From assembly GCA_963770895.1 (NCBI GenBank), contig CAVYRF010000002.1, positions 4,608,001-4,672,000 of the forward strand: DNA of 64,000 nucleotides, written 5' to 3'. A program made the translations under genes and the position numbers. The first letter of the stretch is position 1. Each line of letters begins with the position of its first letter. This DNA is from an uncultured Acidobacteriota bacterium (lineage in GTDB: Bacteria; Acidobacteriota; Thermoanaerobaculia; Multivoradales; UBA5704). Positions 27,640 to 36,627 of the stretch are shown here, piece after piece. Under the pieces are notes generated by a model. It had not been told where the DNA came from, made no database searches, and saw only the letters and a list, made by a program, of their open reading frames with translations.

Positions 27640-30081
27640 GTGCCGCACGTCTCGAAGAAAGATCTGCTGCGTGCAAGCGACGCCGGCCGGTCCGAGGTCG
27701 CACGGCTCGCCGCGCATCTGGCCGGATGCGCTGCGTGCCGGTCCCGCGCCTTGAGCCTTTTGCGGGACCGGGCGCTGCCCGCGAAGCGCCAAGTGCCCCT
27801 GCGGACCCTCCTTGAACTCGCCGCCTTCGAGGAGAGGGAGGCAGTCGAGCGGCTCCGCGTGCGGGCGGAGTTTGCGGCACTCCGCCGCCTTACGCGCGCC
27901 GCCCAAAAAGAGCGCCTTATTCTCTCCCGGCTATGTCACTCGCTCGCCTTCGTTGATGTGCTTCTTGCCGCGGTGCGCGCTCCGCACCCGCGGGAGGAAG
28001 CCGAGTTCCTTTCGGGCCTCGCGGTCCTTGCCGTACAGGGCATGAAGCACATCTCGGAGGCGTTTCGAAACGATCTCCTCTCGTCCATCTGGACAGAGAC
28101 CGCGAACAACCGCCGCGTGAACGGCGAGTGGAGCAACGCGCAGGTGGCCCTTGCGCGCGGCAAGACCAATCTTGACCGCGGGACCGGGAATCCCTCGATC
28201 CTGGCGCGATGGCTTTCTGTCGGCGCATCACTGCGCGCCGACCAAGGCGCGCGCGACGATGCCATGGCCCAACTTGACGAGTGCCGGCGAATCTGCGAGG
28301 CAGAACCCAATTGGCCGCTCGTGGCCCGCACCATGGTGCAGATGGCACACGTCATCGTGGATCGCGACCCGGACGCGAGTCTCGCTTTGCTCGACCGGGC
28401 TGGTGTCTACCTACCTCTGGAGGACGCGACGCTCCGATGGCTCGCGGAGAGTATCCGGGCGGAGAGCCTCATTATCCTTGGCCGCATCGAGGATGCCTTG
28501 GTTGTCTTCGACCGTGCCGAACGATTGCGTCCATTGCAGCAGCGGCGAAACGGCAAGCTCCGCTCCGTTTGGACCGCAGCCCGTCTCCTTGAGGCGCTCG
28601 GCTGCATGCGGGAGGCGGAAGGGCTCTTCGATGAAACTCTTGCAGGCGACCTTCACGAGGGGCTCCACAAGGATGCGCTTCTCGACATGGCCTATATCGT
28701 CGGCTTTCACGCCCGCTCCGGCAGACCGGAGCGGGCGGAAGAGATCGGCCTCCAGACCCTCGCCGAGATCGAGGAGCAAGGCACGGTGCTTCACGACCAG
28801 CTCCGGCGTGTACTCCGGGGATTTATCGATGCCGCGCGAGGACAAACGCTTGACCAGAACGTGCTCCGAGAGGTAGACGAATACCTCCGCGCGCATTGGA
28901 AGTACCCAGCGGCGGTCGATCCCGTCATTCCCACCGGAGAGAAGGTGCCCGTCTCTCCGGCTCCCGCCGCTGCTCTGGTAGACAAAGCACTCGTGGTGCC
29001 GCTCCTCATGCGGGCGCTCTGGTCCCGCATCCGCCGCGGAACGAGAAGAGTACAGCAGGCGCAGGTCGGTGCCTCGCCCGAGTGCCATACGAAAGAGTTT
29101 CTGGACCTGCTCTTGGGCGAGCTGGCTGCCACTGAGTCGCGGGACGAGGCGGAGTTCATCGCGCACCTGGCGCTCCGGGCCGTGGAGGAATCGGCCGAGC
29201 CGGCCGAGGCAAGAGAAGACTTCAGGGCACAGGTCTGGACCGAAATCGCGAACGTCCGCCGAATCGCCGCCGAGTGGAATCACGCGGAGACCGCACTTCA
29301 CCGAGCGCATGAGCACCTCGGCCGGGGTGCCGGGAGCCCGCTCCTCAAGGCGCGCGCGCAATCGGTTGCAGCATCCCTTCTCTTCGACCAGGGACGACGC
29401 GCACAAGCTGTTGCTGCCCTGGAAGAGTGCCTGAAGCTCTATGAAGATGCGAAGGCATGGCCTTTGGTTGCCCGCACTCTGGTCCAAACGGCGCACGCGC
29501 TCGTTGAGAACGCTCCCGAGTGCGCGCTCTCGGTCGCCGAAAAGGCGCTTCCATTCATACCGGCAGAGGATTCGGTGCTTCGGTGGCTTACCGAGAGTAT
29601 CCGTACCGAAAGCCTCATCGAGATGGGCGAAACCGGCCAGGCGCTTCAGGCGTTCCATCTCGCGGAGTCTTTGCGCGGCGGCCACGCGCGGCCGGACGCG
29701 GATCTCCGCAGCAACTACACCGCGGCCCGCCTGCTCGAAGCCCTCGGACGTTTCGACGAGGCGGAGCAACTTTTCGAGGCGGTGATTGCGGAAGCGTTCG
29801 ACCGGGAGGCGTACCGGGCGGCCTTCCTCGACACGCTCTATCTGTTTGGGCTTCACATTCGCCGGGAGGCCAGAGACAAGGCAGTCGCGCTTTGCCGCGC
29901 CGCGATCGCCCGGCTTGATGTCCCAGATGTGGGCCATGAGCAGCTTCGCGCCGTATGGATGGAACTGATGGACGCGGCCATGCTGCGAGCCATACGTCTT
30001 GAAGGGCTCGCCGAGGTGCGAGAGTTCCTCAAGGTGTACTGGAAATATCCTGCCTCGAAGCCTCCCAGGTTTTCCTTCTGA
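27640..30081 (+). CDS. Internally duplicated TPR-like protein with an N-terminal HxxxCxxC motif
   Basis: GTG 27640 with a GAGGG RBS; AHLAGCAAC; two homologous halves (WTE.AN.RR...EW, WPLVART.VQ.AH, LRWL.ESIR.ESLI, TAARLLEALG, WKYPA). Confidence 0.85.
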   Translation: MPHVSKKDLLRASDAGRSEVARLAAHLAGCAACRSRALSLLRDRALPAKRQVPLRTLLELAAFEEREAVERLRVRAEFAALRRLTRAAQKERLILSRLCHSLAFVDVLLAAVRAPHPREEAEFLSGLAVLAVQGMKHISEAFRNDLLSSIWTETANNRRVNGEWSNAQVALARGKTNLDRGTGNPSILARWLSVGASLRADQGARDDAMAQLDECRRICEAEPNWPLVARTMVQMAHVIVDRDPDASLALLDRAGVYLPLEDATLRWLAESIRAESLIILGRIEDALVVFDRAERLRPLQQRRNGKLRSVWTAARLLEALGCMREAEGLFDETLAGDLHEGLHKDALLDMAYIVGFHARSGRPERAEEIGLQTLAEIEEQGTVLHDQLRRVLRGFIDAARGQTLDQNVLREVDEYLRAHWKYPAAVDPVIPTGEKVPVSPAPAAALVDKALVVPLLMRALWSRIRRGTRRVQQAQVGASPECHTKEFLDLLLGELAATESRDEAEFIAHLALRAVEESAEPAEAREDFRAQVWTEIANVRRIAAEWNHAETALHRAHEHLGRGAGSPLLKARAQSVAASLLFDQGRRAQAVAALEECLKLYEDAKAWPLVARTLVQTAHALVENAPECALSVAEKALPFIPAEDSVLRWLTESIRTESLIEMGETGQALQAFHLAESLRGGHARPDADLRSNYTAARLLEALGRFDEAEQLFEAVIAEAFDREAYRAAFLDTLYLFGLHIRREARDKAVALCRAAIARLDVPDVGHEQLRAVWMELMDAAMLRAIRLEGLAEVREFLKVYWKYPASKPPRFSF

Positions 30082-30165
30082 CACCCACCATCGCAGCTCT
30101 GTATGAAAAGACCCCAAGCGCCTGGCTTGGGGTTGAAACATTGATCGAAGAGAAGAGAGCATCAG

Positions 30166-30525
30166 CTAAGCGGCCTTGAGGAGCCGCGACACTCGCCGCT
30201 CCAGAGTAACCCGTTCGTCGGCGTGCGGGATGGCGCGGGCAAGGGCGGTGCCGCCCTGGACAAGCTGCCAGAGGGTGCGGGCGCCGCCCTCCTCGCTCTT
30301 CGCGAGCTCGATTACCCGCTCGCCTTCCCGCTTCGTGAAGTCGTGGGACCTGAGCCACCCGAGGACTTCCTCGTCCGAGCCCGCGACCTTCTTCCGCGCC
30401 GCTCGCGCAAGCTGCTCCTTTGCGTCCACCACCGAGGACTCCGTGTAGGCCGAGAGCCGAGGCAGGGCCTCGCGGATGAAGCGCTCGGGGGCGTTCCTGG
30501 TGTGCCGGATCTCGATCTCCTTTAC
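30166..30525 (-). pseudogene. C-terminal fragment of a DUF932-like mobile-element protein, truncated by the IS
   Basis: Frame VKEIEIRHTRNAPERFIREALPRL...RTLWQLVQGGTALARAIPHADERVTLERRVSRLL stays open right up to the IS end, with no start. Family call is from recall. Confidence 0.65.
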
Positions 30526-30589
30526 TGTATAGCTCGGAGATCTTGGGACTCGGGATAATGTAGGCCGAGAAGGCCTGAGGAGACCGGAG

Positions 30590-30898
30590 ATGCCCAGGAA
30601 GAGCGACCGTAAGCCGGAAGAGCGGGTGGAGGTGGTACTGGCGTTGTTGAGGCGCGAGGAGTCAGCGGCGGCGCTGGCGCGGCGGTACCAGGTCAGCGAG
30701 GCGACGATCTACCGCTGGCGGGACCAGTTCGTGGCGGCGGGCACGGCGGGCGTGGCAAAGCCAGACGGCGCCGGCGACCAGGCGTCAGCGCGCCGGATCG
30801 AGCAGCTCGAGCGGGAAGTGGACAAGCGCTCGCAGATCATCGGTGAGTTGTCGATCGCCAACGGCATTTTAAAAAAACTTCAAACTCGTTTGTCGTGA
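30590..30898 (+). CDS. IS3 transposase OrfA (HTH + leucine zipper)
   Basis: SAAALARRYQVSEATIYRWRDQF HTH; coiled-coil C-terminus; slippery TTTTAAAAAAAC at 30867-30878. Confidence 0.9.
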   Translation: MPRKSDRKPEERVEVVLALLRREESAAALARRYQVSEATIYRWRDQFVAAGTAGVAKPDGAGDQASARRIEQLEREVDKRSQIIGELSIANGILKKLQTRLS

Positions 30899-31887
30899 CC
30901 GAAGAGCTCAGAGTCATGATCCGCGATGCGGTTAAGGTTCAGGCGAAAGCGCGGCTCAAGGCCGTCGTTCGCGCTTTGGGGTTGCCTTGTTCGAGCTTCT
31001 TTCGGCGGCCTGTCGCGTCGTCTCGTCGTCGCCCAGGACCAGCACCGCGTCCGCTCGATCCAGAACGTAGCTCGGTCGTCCGGAGCTTCGCTCTGCTGTA
31101 TCCCTGGTGGGGTTACAAGCGGCTGGCCGTGGTGCTGAGACGTGCCGGCGAGGCGGTCACGAATCGCTTTGTCTACCGGGTTCTGAAGGCTGCGGACCTA
31201 CTCATCCGCAAGCGCAGCCGAAACGCCGAGCTCTACCAGGCGGCCCGGCTCTTCGAGTTGTTGCCGCAAGGCCCGAACGAGTTGTGGCAGGCCGACGTGA
31301 CGTACATTCACATCCCAGGGCACGGCTGGTGGTACGCGGTCACAGTCATCGACTACTACAGTCGCTACTTGCTGGCAATGCACCTGTCGGCAAGCTTCGA
31401 CGCCTCGGCGCTGATCGTCGGCATTGATCGGGCCATCGCGGAAGCTGAGCGTCTTCACGGCCCTCTGCGGCGACGACCGACACTGGTCACTGACAACGGC
31501 ACGAGCTTCTTGTCGCGGCGCTTCCGAGGGCACATCGCCACGAGCCTGGATCACATGCGGACGCGCAACCGCACTCCCGAGCAGCTCGGACTGCTCGAGC
31601 GCTTCCACAGAACTCTCAAGGCCGAAGAGGTGCACTGGCAGCTCTACAGCTCGCCCCAGGAAGCAAGGGAGAAGCTTGAGGCCTTCCGCCAGAGGTACAA
31701 CGAGATCAGGCCGCACTGGGCTCTGGTGCCGCCTTCGTGCGTCGATCCCATCACGCCTGCCGAGGTCTACCGTGACGCCAAAGTCGTCCAATTACCGGCG
31801 TGGCAAGGTTGGGCCAGGGCTGCCAAGGAAAAGCTTGAAAAGCTCCAGGTAGGGCAACTACTGCAAGCGGAGGCGATCCCGGCCTGA
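30895..31887 (+). CDS. IS3 transposase OrfB (rve DDE catalytic domain)
   Basis: WGYKRL, NELWQADVTYI, VIDYYSRY, TDNGTSF, ERFHRTLKAE, YNEIRPH. The frame is open back to the slippery site. Confidence 0.92.
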   Translation: MTEELRVMIRDAVKVQAKARLKAVVRALGLPCSSFFRRPVASSRRRPGPAPRPLDPERSSVVRSFALLYPWWGYKRLAVVLRRAGEAVTNRFVYRVLKAADLLIRKRSRNAELYQAARLFELLPQGPNELWQADVTYIHIPGHGWWYAVTVIDYYSRYLLAMHLSASFDASALIVGIDRAIAEAERLHGPLRRRPTLVTDNGTSFLSRRFRGHIATSLDHMRTRNRTPEQLGLLERFHRTLKAEEVHWQLYSSPQEAREKLEAFRQRYNEIRPHWALVPPSCVDPITPAEVYRDAKVVQLPAWQGWARAAKEKLEKLQVGQLLQAEAIPA

Positions 31888-31951
31888 CGGCCGGGTCCAA
31901 GCTCACACATAAATCGACCACTCGGGTCCACTTGATCTGCGAGCCAAGACA

Positions 31952-34360
31952 CAACTCCGGGCCTTCTTCCCCGAGGTCTCGATCGCGGCTGAGCCGGAGG
32001 GGCTGCGACAGGTATGGAAGAAGAACGAGAGCGAGACCATCCTTGTCCACTTCGGCCTGGCGCGCGAGTTCATGCTGCCCCTCGCTTCTTTCCGGTCCCT
32101 CGACCCCGATCCGCTCCTGCCGCTTTTCGGGGCGCTCGCCGAGCTTGAAGCCGGCGAAGCCGGCCTCGTGCAAGTCCTCTTTGAGCGAGTCCGCGAGCGG
32201 TGGGCCGAAAGCGTCATGCGCGCCGTCGTGACCGGGGGCGGCGAACCCTTCTTCGCCGACTATCCAGAACTCACGAAGGCTGCGCGGGAGAAAGTCTCCC
32301 GGCCCCTGTACGCCGTCTGCCTGCGGATAGCAGCGAAGAGCAGCGATGCGACCGGCGCTTGGCGGATCGTGCGCGATCTTGCCGGAGCAGTGACCCATTT
32401 CGGCGCTCCTGGCGGCAACGAGCTTCTCCCGCTCGCCTCCGAGGAGGGTGCCGACGCAACCGAGCAAATCTTCGAGAGGGTGAGCCGCCGGCCGGGCATG
32501 ATCGTAGGAAGCGATGAGCTGGCGGCCCTCGCGCACCTCCCGAGCGCCTCAGTGCGGGTGCCGAAATTCCTCCGGGAGATACGGCGCTCGAAAGCGGCGC
32601 CCGCTCTCTCCCAAGGCGCGGGGATTCTTCTTGGCGAGAACCTTCATCACGGCAAGACCCTTGCCGTGCGGCTGCCCAATGATCTCCGTCTCCGGCATCT
32701 CCATGTGATCGGCGCCTCGGGCTCCGGCAAGTCCACTCTTCTCATCGATCTCATCATGCAGGACATCGAAGAGGGCCGGGGCGTCGGCGTCCTCGACCCT
32801 CACGGCGATCTCGTGGATGAGATCGCAGGCCGCATCCAGAAGGCGCGACTTCAGGACGCCATCCTCTTCGACCCGGCGGACACTGCCTACCCGGTTGCCT
32901 GGAACATCCTCGAAGCGCACAGCGAGCTTGAGCGCACCCTCTTGTCCTCGGATCTCGTCGGCATCTTCCGCCGCTTCTCGACCTCCTGGGGCGACCAGAT
33001 GACCAGCGTTCTCGGGAACGCGGTCCTCGTGCTCCTGGAGAATCCCGGCTCGACCCTGCTTGACCTGCGCGAGTTCCTCGTGGATCGGCAGACCCGCGAG
33101 CGCTTGCTTGCCGCGGTCGATGATCCATACCTCCTCTCGTACTTCCGACACGAGTTCGCTCTCGCGGCCGGGAAGAGCGTGGGTGCGATCCTCACCCGGC
33201 TTGATGGCTTCCTGCGCAGCAAGACCGTGCGGCAGATCGTGGGCGCCAGGGAGAGCCGACTCAACCTGCGCACCGTCGTAGATCAAGGGCAGATTTTCCT
33301 GGCCCGGCTCTCCGAGGGCGCGATCGGCGAAGAGAACGCTGGGCTCTTGGGCTCCCTCCTCGTCTCCAAGTTCCACCAGATCACGATGAGCCGGCAGGAG
33401 GTGAAGCGGGAGGAACGCCGTGCCTTCTTCCTCTACGCCGCCGAATGCCAGGAGTTCGCAACGGCTTCCATGGCGCTCCTCCTTTCGGGAGCGAGGAAGT
33501 ACGGCCTGGGGCTCGTCCTCGCCCACCAAGACCTGCGCCAACTCGAAGCGAAGGCCCCGGAGGTTGCCTCCGCTCTCCTCGGAAACGCCGGTACGCGCAT
33601 CGCCTTCCGCGTCGGCGACCGGGATGCGAAGGCGCTCTCTGAGGGCCTATCCTTCTTCGGACCCGGTGACCTCATGAGTCTCAGGGTAGGGGAAGCCATC
33701 GCCCGGATCGACAACGCTCAAGGCGACTGCAACCTGAAGACGCAGCTTTTGCCGGCGGTGGCACCCGAGACGGCCGCCGAGCGGCGCGAGGCAATCACCG
33801 CCCTCTCGCGGGAGCGTTATGCCGTGCGGCGTGAAGAGCGGCCAAGAGCGGCCGAGCCCGCGGCAGAGGTAGCACGGCCGGCAGCTCCACGAGCGGAGAG
33901 GACGCCACCGCCGATCCCGATCCCACCAGCACCCGCCCCGCCGCAGCCGGCACCGGCCCGCGAGCGAACTCCGCCCATCGCTCCGGCGCCCCTCGGTCGT
34001 GGCGGACCGGAGCACCAGTACCTCCAAGAACTCGTAAAGCGGTGGGGAGAGGCCAAGGGCTATCGGGCGACGGTGGAAGAGCCCCTGCCCTCCGGCGGCC
34101 GGGTGGATGTGGCCCTGCGGCGAGAGGGACATTCCCTGGCCTGCGAGATCTCGGTCTCGACAGGGGCGGAGCACGAAACCGGGAACGTGAAAAAGTGCCT
34201 CCATGCTGGATTTGACGAGGTGATCCTTCTCTCCCTCAGTCGAGGTACACTCGGGAAGGTGCGGGGTGCGGTATATGCGGGATTGCCGGAGCAGGACCGG
34301 AGCCGCCTCCACTTCATGAGCCCGGAGGAGTTCTTCACCTTCCTCGATGCGCCGGCGCCG
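31952..34360 (+). pseudogene. 5'-truncated type IV coupling protein/TraD-HerA-like ATPase with a C-terminal PD-(D/E)xK-like domain
   Basis: Frame is open from the IS end (QLRAFFPE...HFGLAREFMLPL); Walker A GASGSGKST; LDPHGDL; Walker B reads FLYAAE instead of ..DE; ARKYGLGLVLAHQ; C-terminal VDVAL...ACEIS. Confidence 0.8.
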
Positions 34361-34666
34361 GCGGCGCGGCGCGAGGAGCTCGAAGCCGAGATCCCCCGGC
34401 TCCAAGGCGAGATCGACTTCCTCAAAATCCAGCATCTCTCCCAGGAAGAGGTCGTCACCGGAGCCCACGACCTCTACGAGCGCTGGGACGACCTATCCCA
34501 GGAAGACCGCCGCGGCGTCATCCAGGCCATCGTGGAGCGGGTGAGCGTTGGCAAAGACGAGATCGAGATCACCCTTGCCTGCCTTCCGAGGACCGCGGAA
34601 CACCCGCCGCCCCCGCCTCCTCTGAAGATTGCGAACACTTATGCATACAACCCTGGGGCCGCGTGC
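34361..34666 (+). pseudogene. Putative C-terminal remnant of a large serine recombinase, fused in frame to the ATPase remnant
   Basis: Coiled coil RREELEAEIPRLQGEIDFLKIQHLS, then LYERWDDLSQEDRRGVIQAIVERVSVGKDEIEITL, the pattern I recall for large serine recombinase tails; abuts attR. Confidence 0.65.
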
Positions 34667-34670
34667 GCAG
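34632..34670. other. attR site
   Basis: P arm cgaacacttatgca, 8-nt spacer, central TG (34654-34655), remainder of the core, then host sequence. Confidence 0.8.
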
Positions 34671-34747
34671 CGTTCGGCAGTTCCGGCGGCAAGCATGTCG
34701 GCGGCCCGCTGCGCATCAAGGCGCCGCATCTGGCGAGGATGGAAGTC

Positions 34748-36613
34748 ATGACCAACACCTGGCAGGCGCGATCGAGTGCGGCGCGGTGGGCCGCGTGGAC
34801 CCTTGGATGTGCGGCGATGGCCGCGGGTGTGCCGGGATGGGCGGCGACCGCCGGCACGCCCGGCGATTGGCAGCAGTTCGGCTACGACGCCCGGCACAGC
34901 GGCGTCAATCCGCTCGAAACGACTCTGCAGCAGAGCAACGTCGCGAGCCTGCACGTGCGCTACAAGGTGGCGCTGCCCGGCGTGGTCGACGACACGGTGG
35001 TCTTGCTCTCGGACGTGACGACGGCGAGCGGCATTCACGACGTGCTGTTTGCCACCACCCAGGGCGGGCAGCTGCTGGCGCTCGACGCCGACAGCGGCGC
35101 CGTGCTGTGGTCGCGGCAGCCGGCCAGCGGGCCGCGCTACACCACGTCGGCGCCGGCGATCGATCCCAACCGCAAGTTCGTCTATTCCTATGGCCTCGAA
35201 GGGAAGGTGCACAAATACAAGGTGGGCGACGGCACCGAGGTGACGACCGGGGGCTGGCCCGAGCTGGCGACGCTCAAGCCGCAGGTGGAGAAGTGCTCGC
35301 CGGCGCTCGCGGTGGCCGGCGCCGCCGACGGCCACACCTATCTGTACGTGGCCAACGGCGGCTATCCCGGCGACCAGGGGGACTACCAGGGACACGTCAC
35401 GGCGATCGACCTGGCCAGCGGCGCGCAGAACGTATGGAACGCCGACTGCAGCAACCAGGCGGTGCACTTCACGACCGGCAGCCCCGATTGCCCGCAGGTG
35501 CAGTCGGCGGTATGGGCACGCGGCGGCGTGGTGTACGACTCCGACTTCGATCGCATTTTCTTCGCCACCGGCAACGGCCAGTTCGACGCGTCGCAGGGCG
35601 GCCGCGATTGGGGCGACACGGTGGTGGAGCTGCGGCCCGACGGGACCGGCGGCAGCGGCGGCCTGCCCACCGACAGCTACACTCCGGTCGATTTCGCCGA
35701 GCTCGACGACCAGGACCTCGATCTCGGCAGCACGGCCCCGGCGCTCCTGCCGGTCGTGGCCGGCAGCCGCTTTCCCCACCTGGGCGTGCAGAGCGGCAAG
35801 GACGGCATGCTGCGCCTGATCAACCTGGACAATCTCTCCGGCCACGGTGCGCCGGGCAACGTCGGCGGCGAGCTGCAGCTGATCCCCGTGCCGCAGGGCG
35901 GCCAGGTGCTGACGGCGCCCGCCGTCTGGACCGATCCCAGCACGGGCAGCGTCTGGCTGTTCCTCGCCAACAATTACGGCATCGCCGGCCTGCAGCTGGT
36001 GGTGGGCGCTGGCGGCATGCCGTCCCTGGCCCTGCAGTGGATGAACAGCGCCGGCGGGACCTCGCCGGTGGTTGCCGACGGCATCGTCTTCTACGTCGGC
36101 ACGGCCGGTCTGCAGGCGCTCACGCCGCGCCATGGCGCCGTGCTGTGGCAGGACCCTTCGCCCGGCTCCATCCACTGGCAGAGCCCGATCGTGGTCAACG
36201 GCCGGGTGTACGTCGCCGACGGCGATGGCAATCTCTGGGCGTACGAGCCGACGGTGCGGGCGACCTGCACCGCCGGCGCCACCACGCTCTGTCTGGCCGG
36301 CTCGCGCTTCCAGGTGCGCGCCAGCTGGCAGACCAGCGCCGGCGCCAGCGGTGCCGGGCAGGCCGTGGCGCTCACCGCCGACACCGGCACCTTCTGGTTC
36401 TTCGCCGCGAGCAACGTCGAGGTCATCGCCAAGGTGCTCAACGGTTGCGGCCTCAACAGCCAGTACTGGTTCTTTGCCGGCGGCCTGACCGACGTGTCGG
36501 TGGCGCTGACCGTCACCGACACCACCGACGGCCAGAGCCGCACCTACCTCAACCCCCAGGGAGCGCCGTTTCAGCCGATCCAGGACACCAGCGCCTTTGC
36601 GACCTGCCCCTGA
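34748..36613 (+). CDS. Secreted PQQ-like/BamB-like beta-propeller protein with a C-terminal 'LCLxxxRF' domain
   Basis: Own ATG (34739 or 34748) with GAGGA; signal peptide; DWQQFGYDARHSG, ALDA.SG.VLW, DLDLGS, SPIVVNGRVYV; host-like codon use resumes here. Confidence 0.85.
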   Translation: MTNTWQARSSAARWAAWTLGCAAMAAGVPGWAATAGTPGDWQQFGYDARHSGVNPLETTLQQSNVASLHVRYKVALPGVVDDTVVLLSDVTTASGIHDVLFATTQGGQLLALDADSGAVLWSRQPASGPRYTTSAPAIDPNRKFVYSYGLEGKVHKYKVGDGTEVTTGGWPELATLKPQVEKCSPALAVAGAADGHTYLYVANGGYPGDQGDYQGHVTAIDLASGAQNVWNADCSNQAVHFTTGSPDCPQVQSAVWARGGVVYDSDFDRIFFATGNGQFDASQGGRDWGDTVVELRPDGTGGSGGLPTDSYTPVDFAELDDQDLDLGSTAPALLPVVAGSRFPHLGVQSGKDGMLRLINLDNLSGHGAPGNVGGELQLIPVPQGGQVLTAPAVWTDPSTGSVWLFLANNYGIAGLQLVVGAGGMPSLALQWMNSAGGTSPVVADGIVFYVGTAGLQALTPRHGAVLWQDPSPGSIHWQSPIVVNGRVYVADGDGNLWAYEPTVRATCTAGATTLCLAGSRFQVRASWQTSAGASGAGQAVALTADTGTFWFFAASNVEVIAKVLNGCGLNSQYWFFAGGLTDVSVALTVTDTTDGQSRTYLNPQGAPFQPIQDTSAFATCP

Positions 36614-36627
36614 CGACCTGCCCCGGA

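Larger units (their letters stand above)
30526..31951 (+). mobile_element. IS3-family insertion sequence (~1.43 kb)
   Basis: 5'-TG...CA-3' ends with imperfect IRs (tgtatagctcggagatc / gatctgcgagccaagaca); orfA and orfB in -1 frame; flanks tttac / caact show no target duplication. Confidence 0.85.
12615..34666. mobile_element. Degenerate integrative element (~22 kb), serine-recombinase type, bounded by attL/attR
   Basis: 16-bp direct repeat ccctggggccgcgtgc at 12615-12630 and 34651-34666. Inner arms tgcataagtgttcg (12628-12641) and cgaacacttatgca (34632-34645) are perfect reverse complements. Contains coupling-protein, DUF932-like and recombinase-like remnants. Confidence 0.85.

Noticed and set aside
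32072-36613. Single 1513-aa protein in the ORF track
   Set aside because: It has an internal RBS/ATG and signal peptide, contains attR, and changes codon style; treated as three fused pieces.
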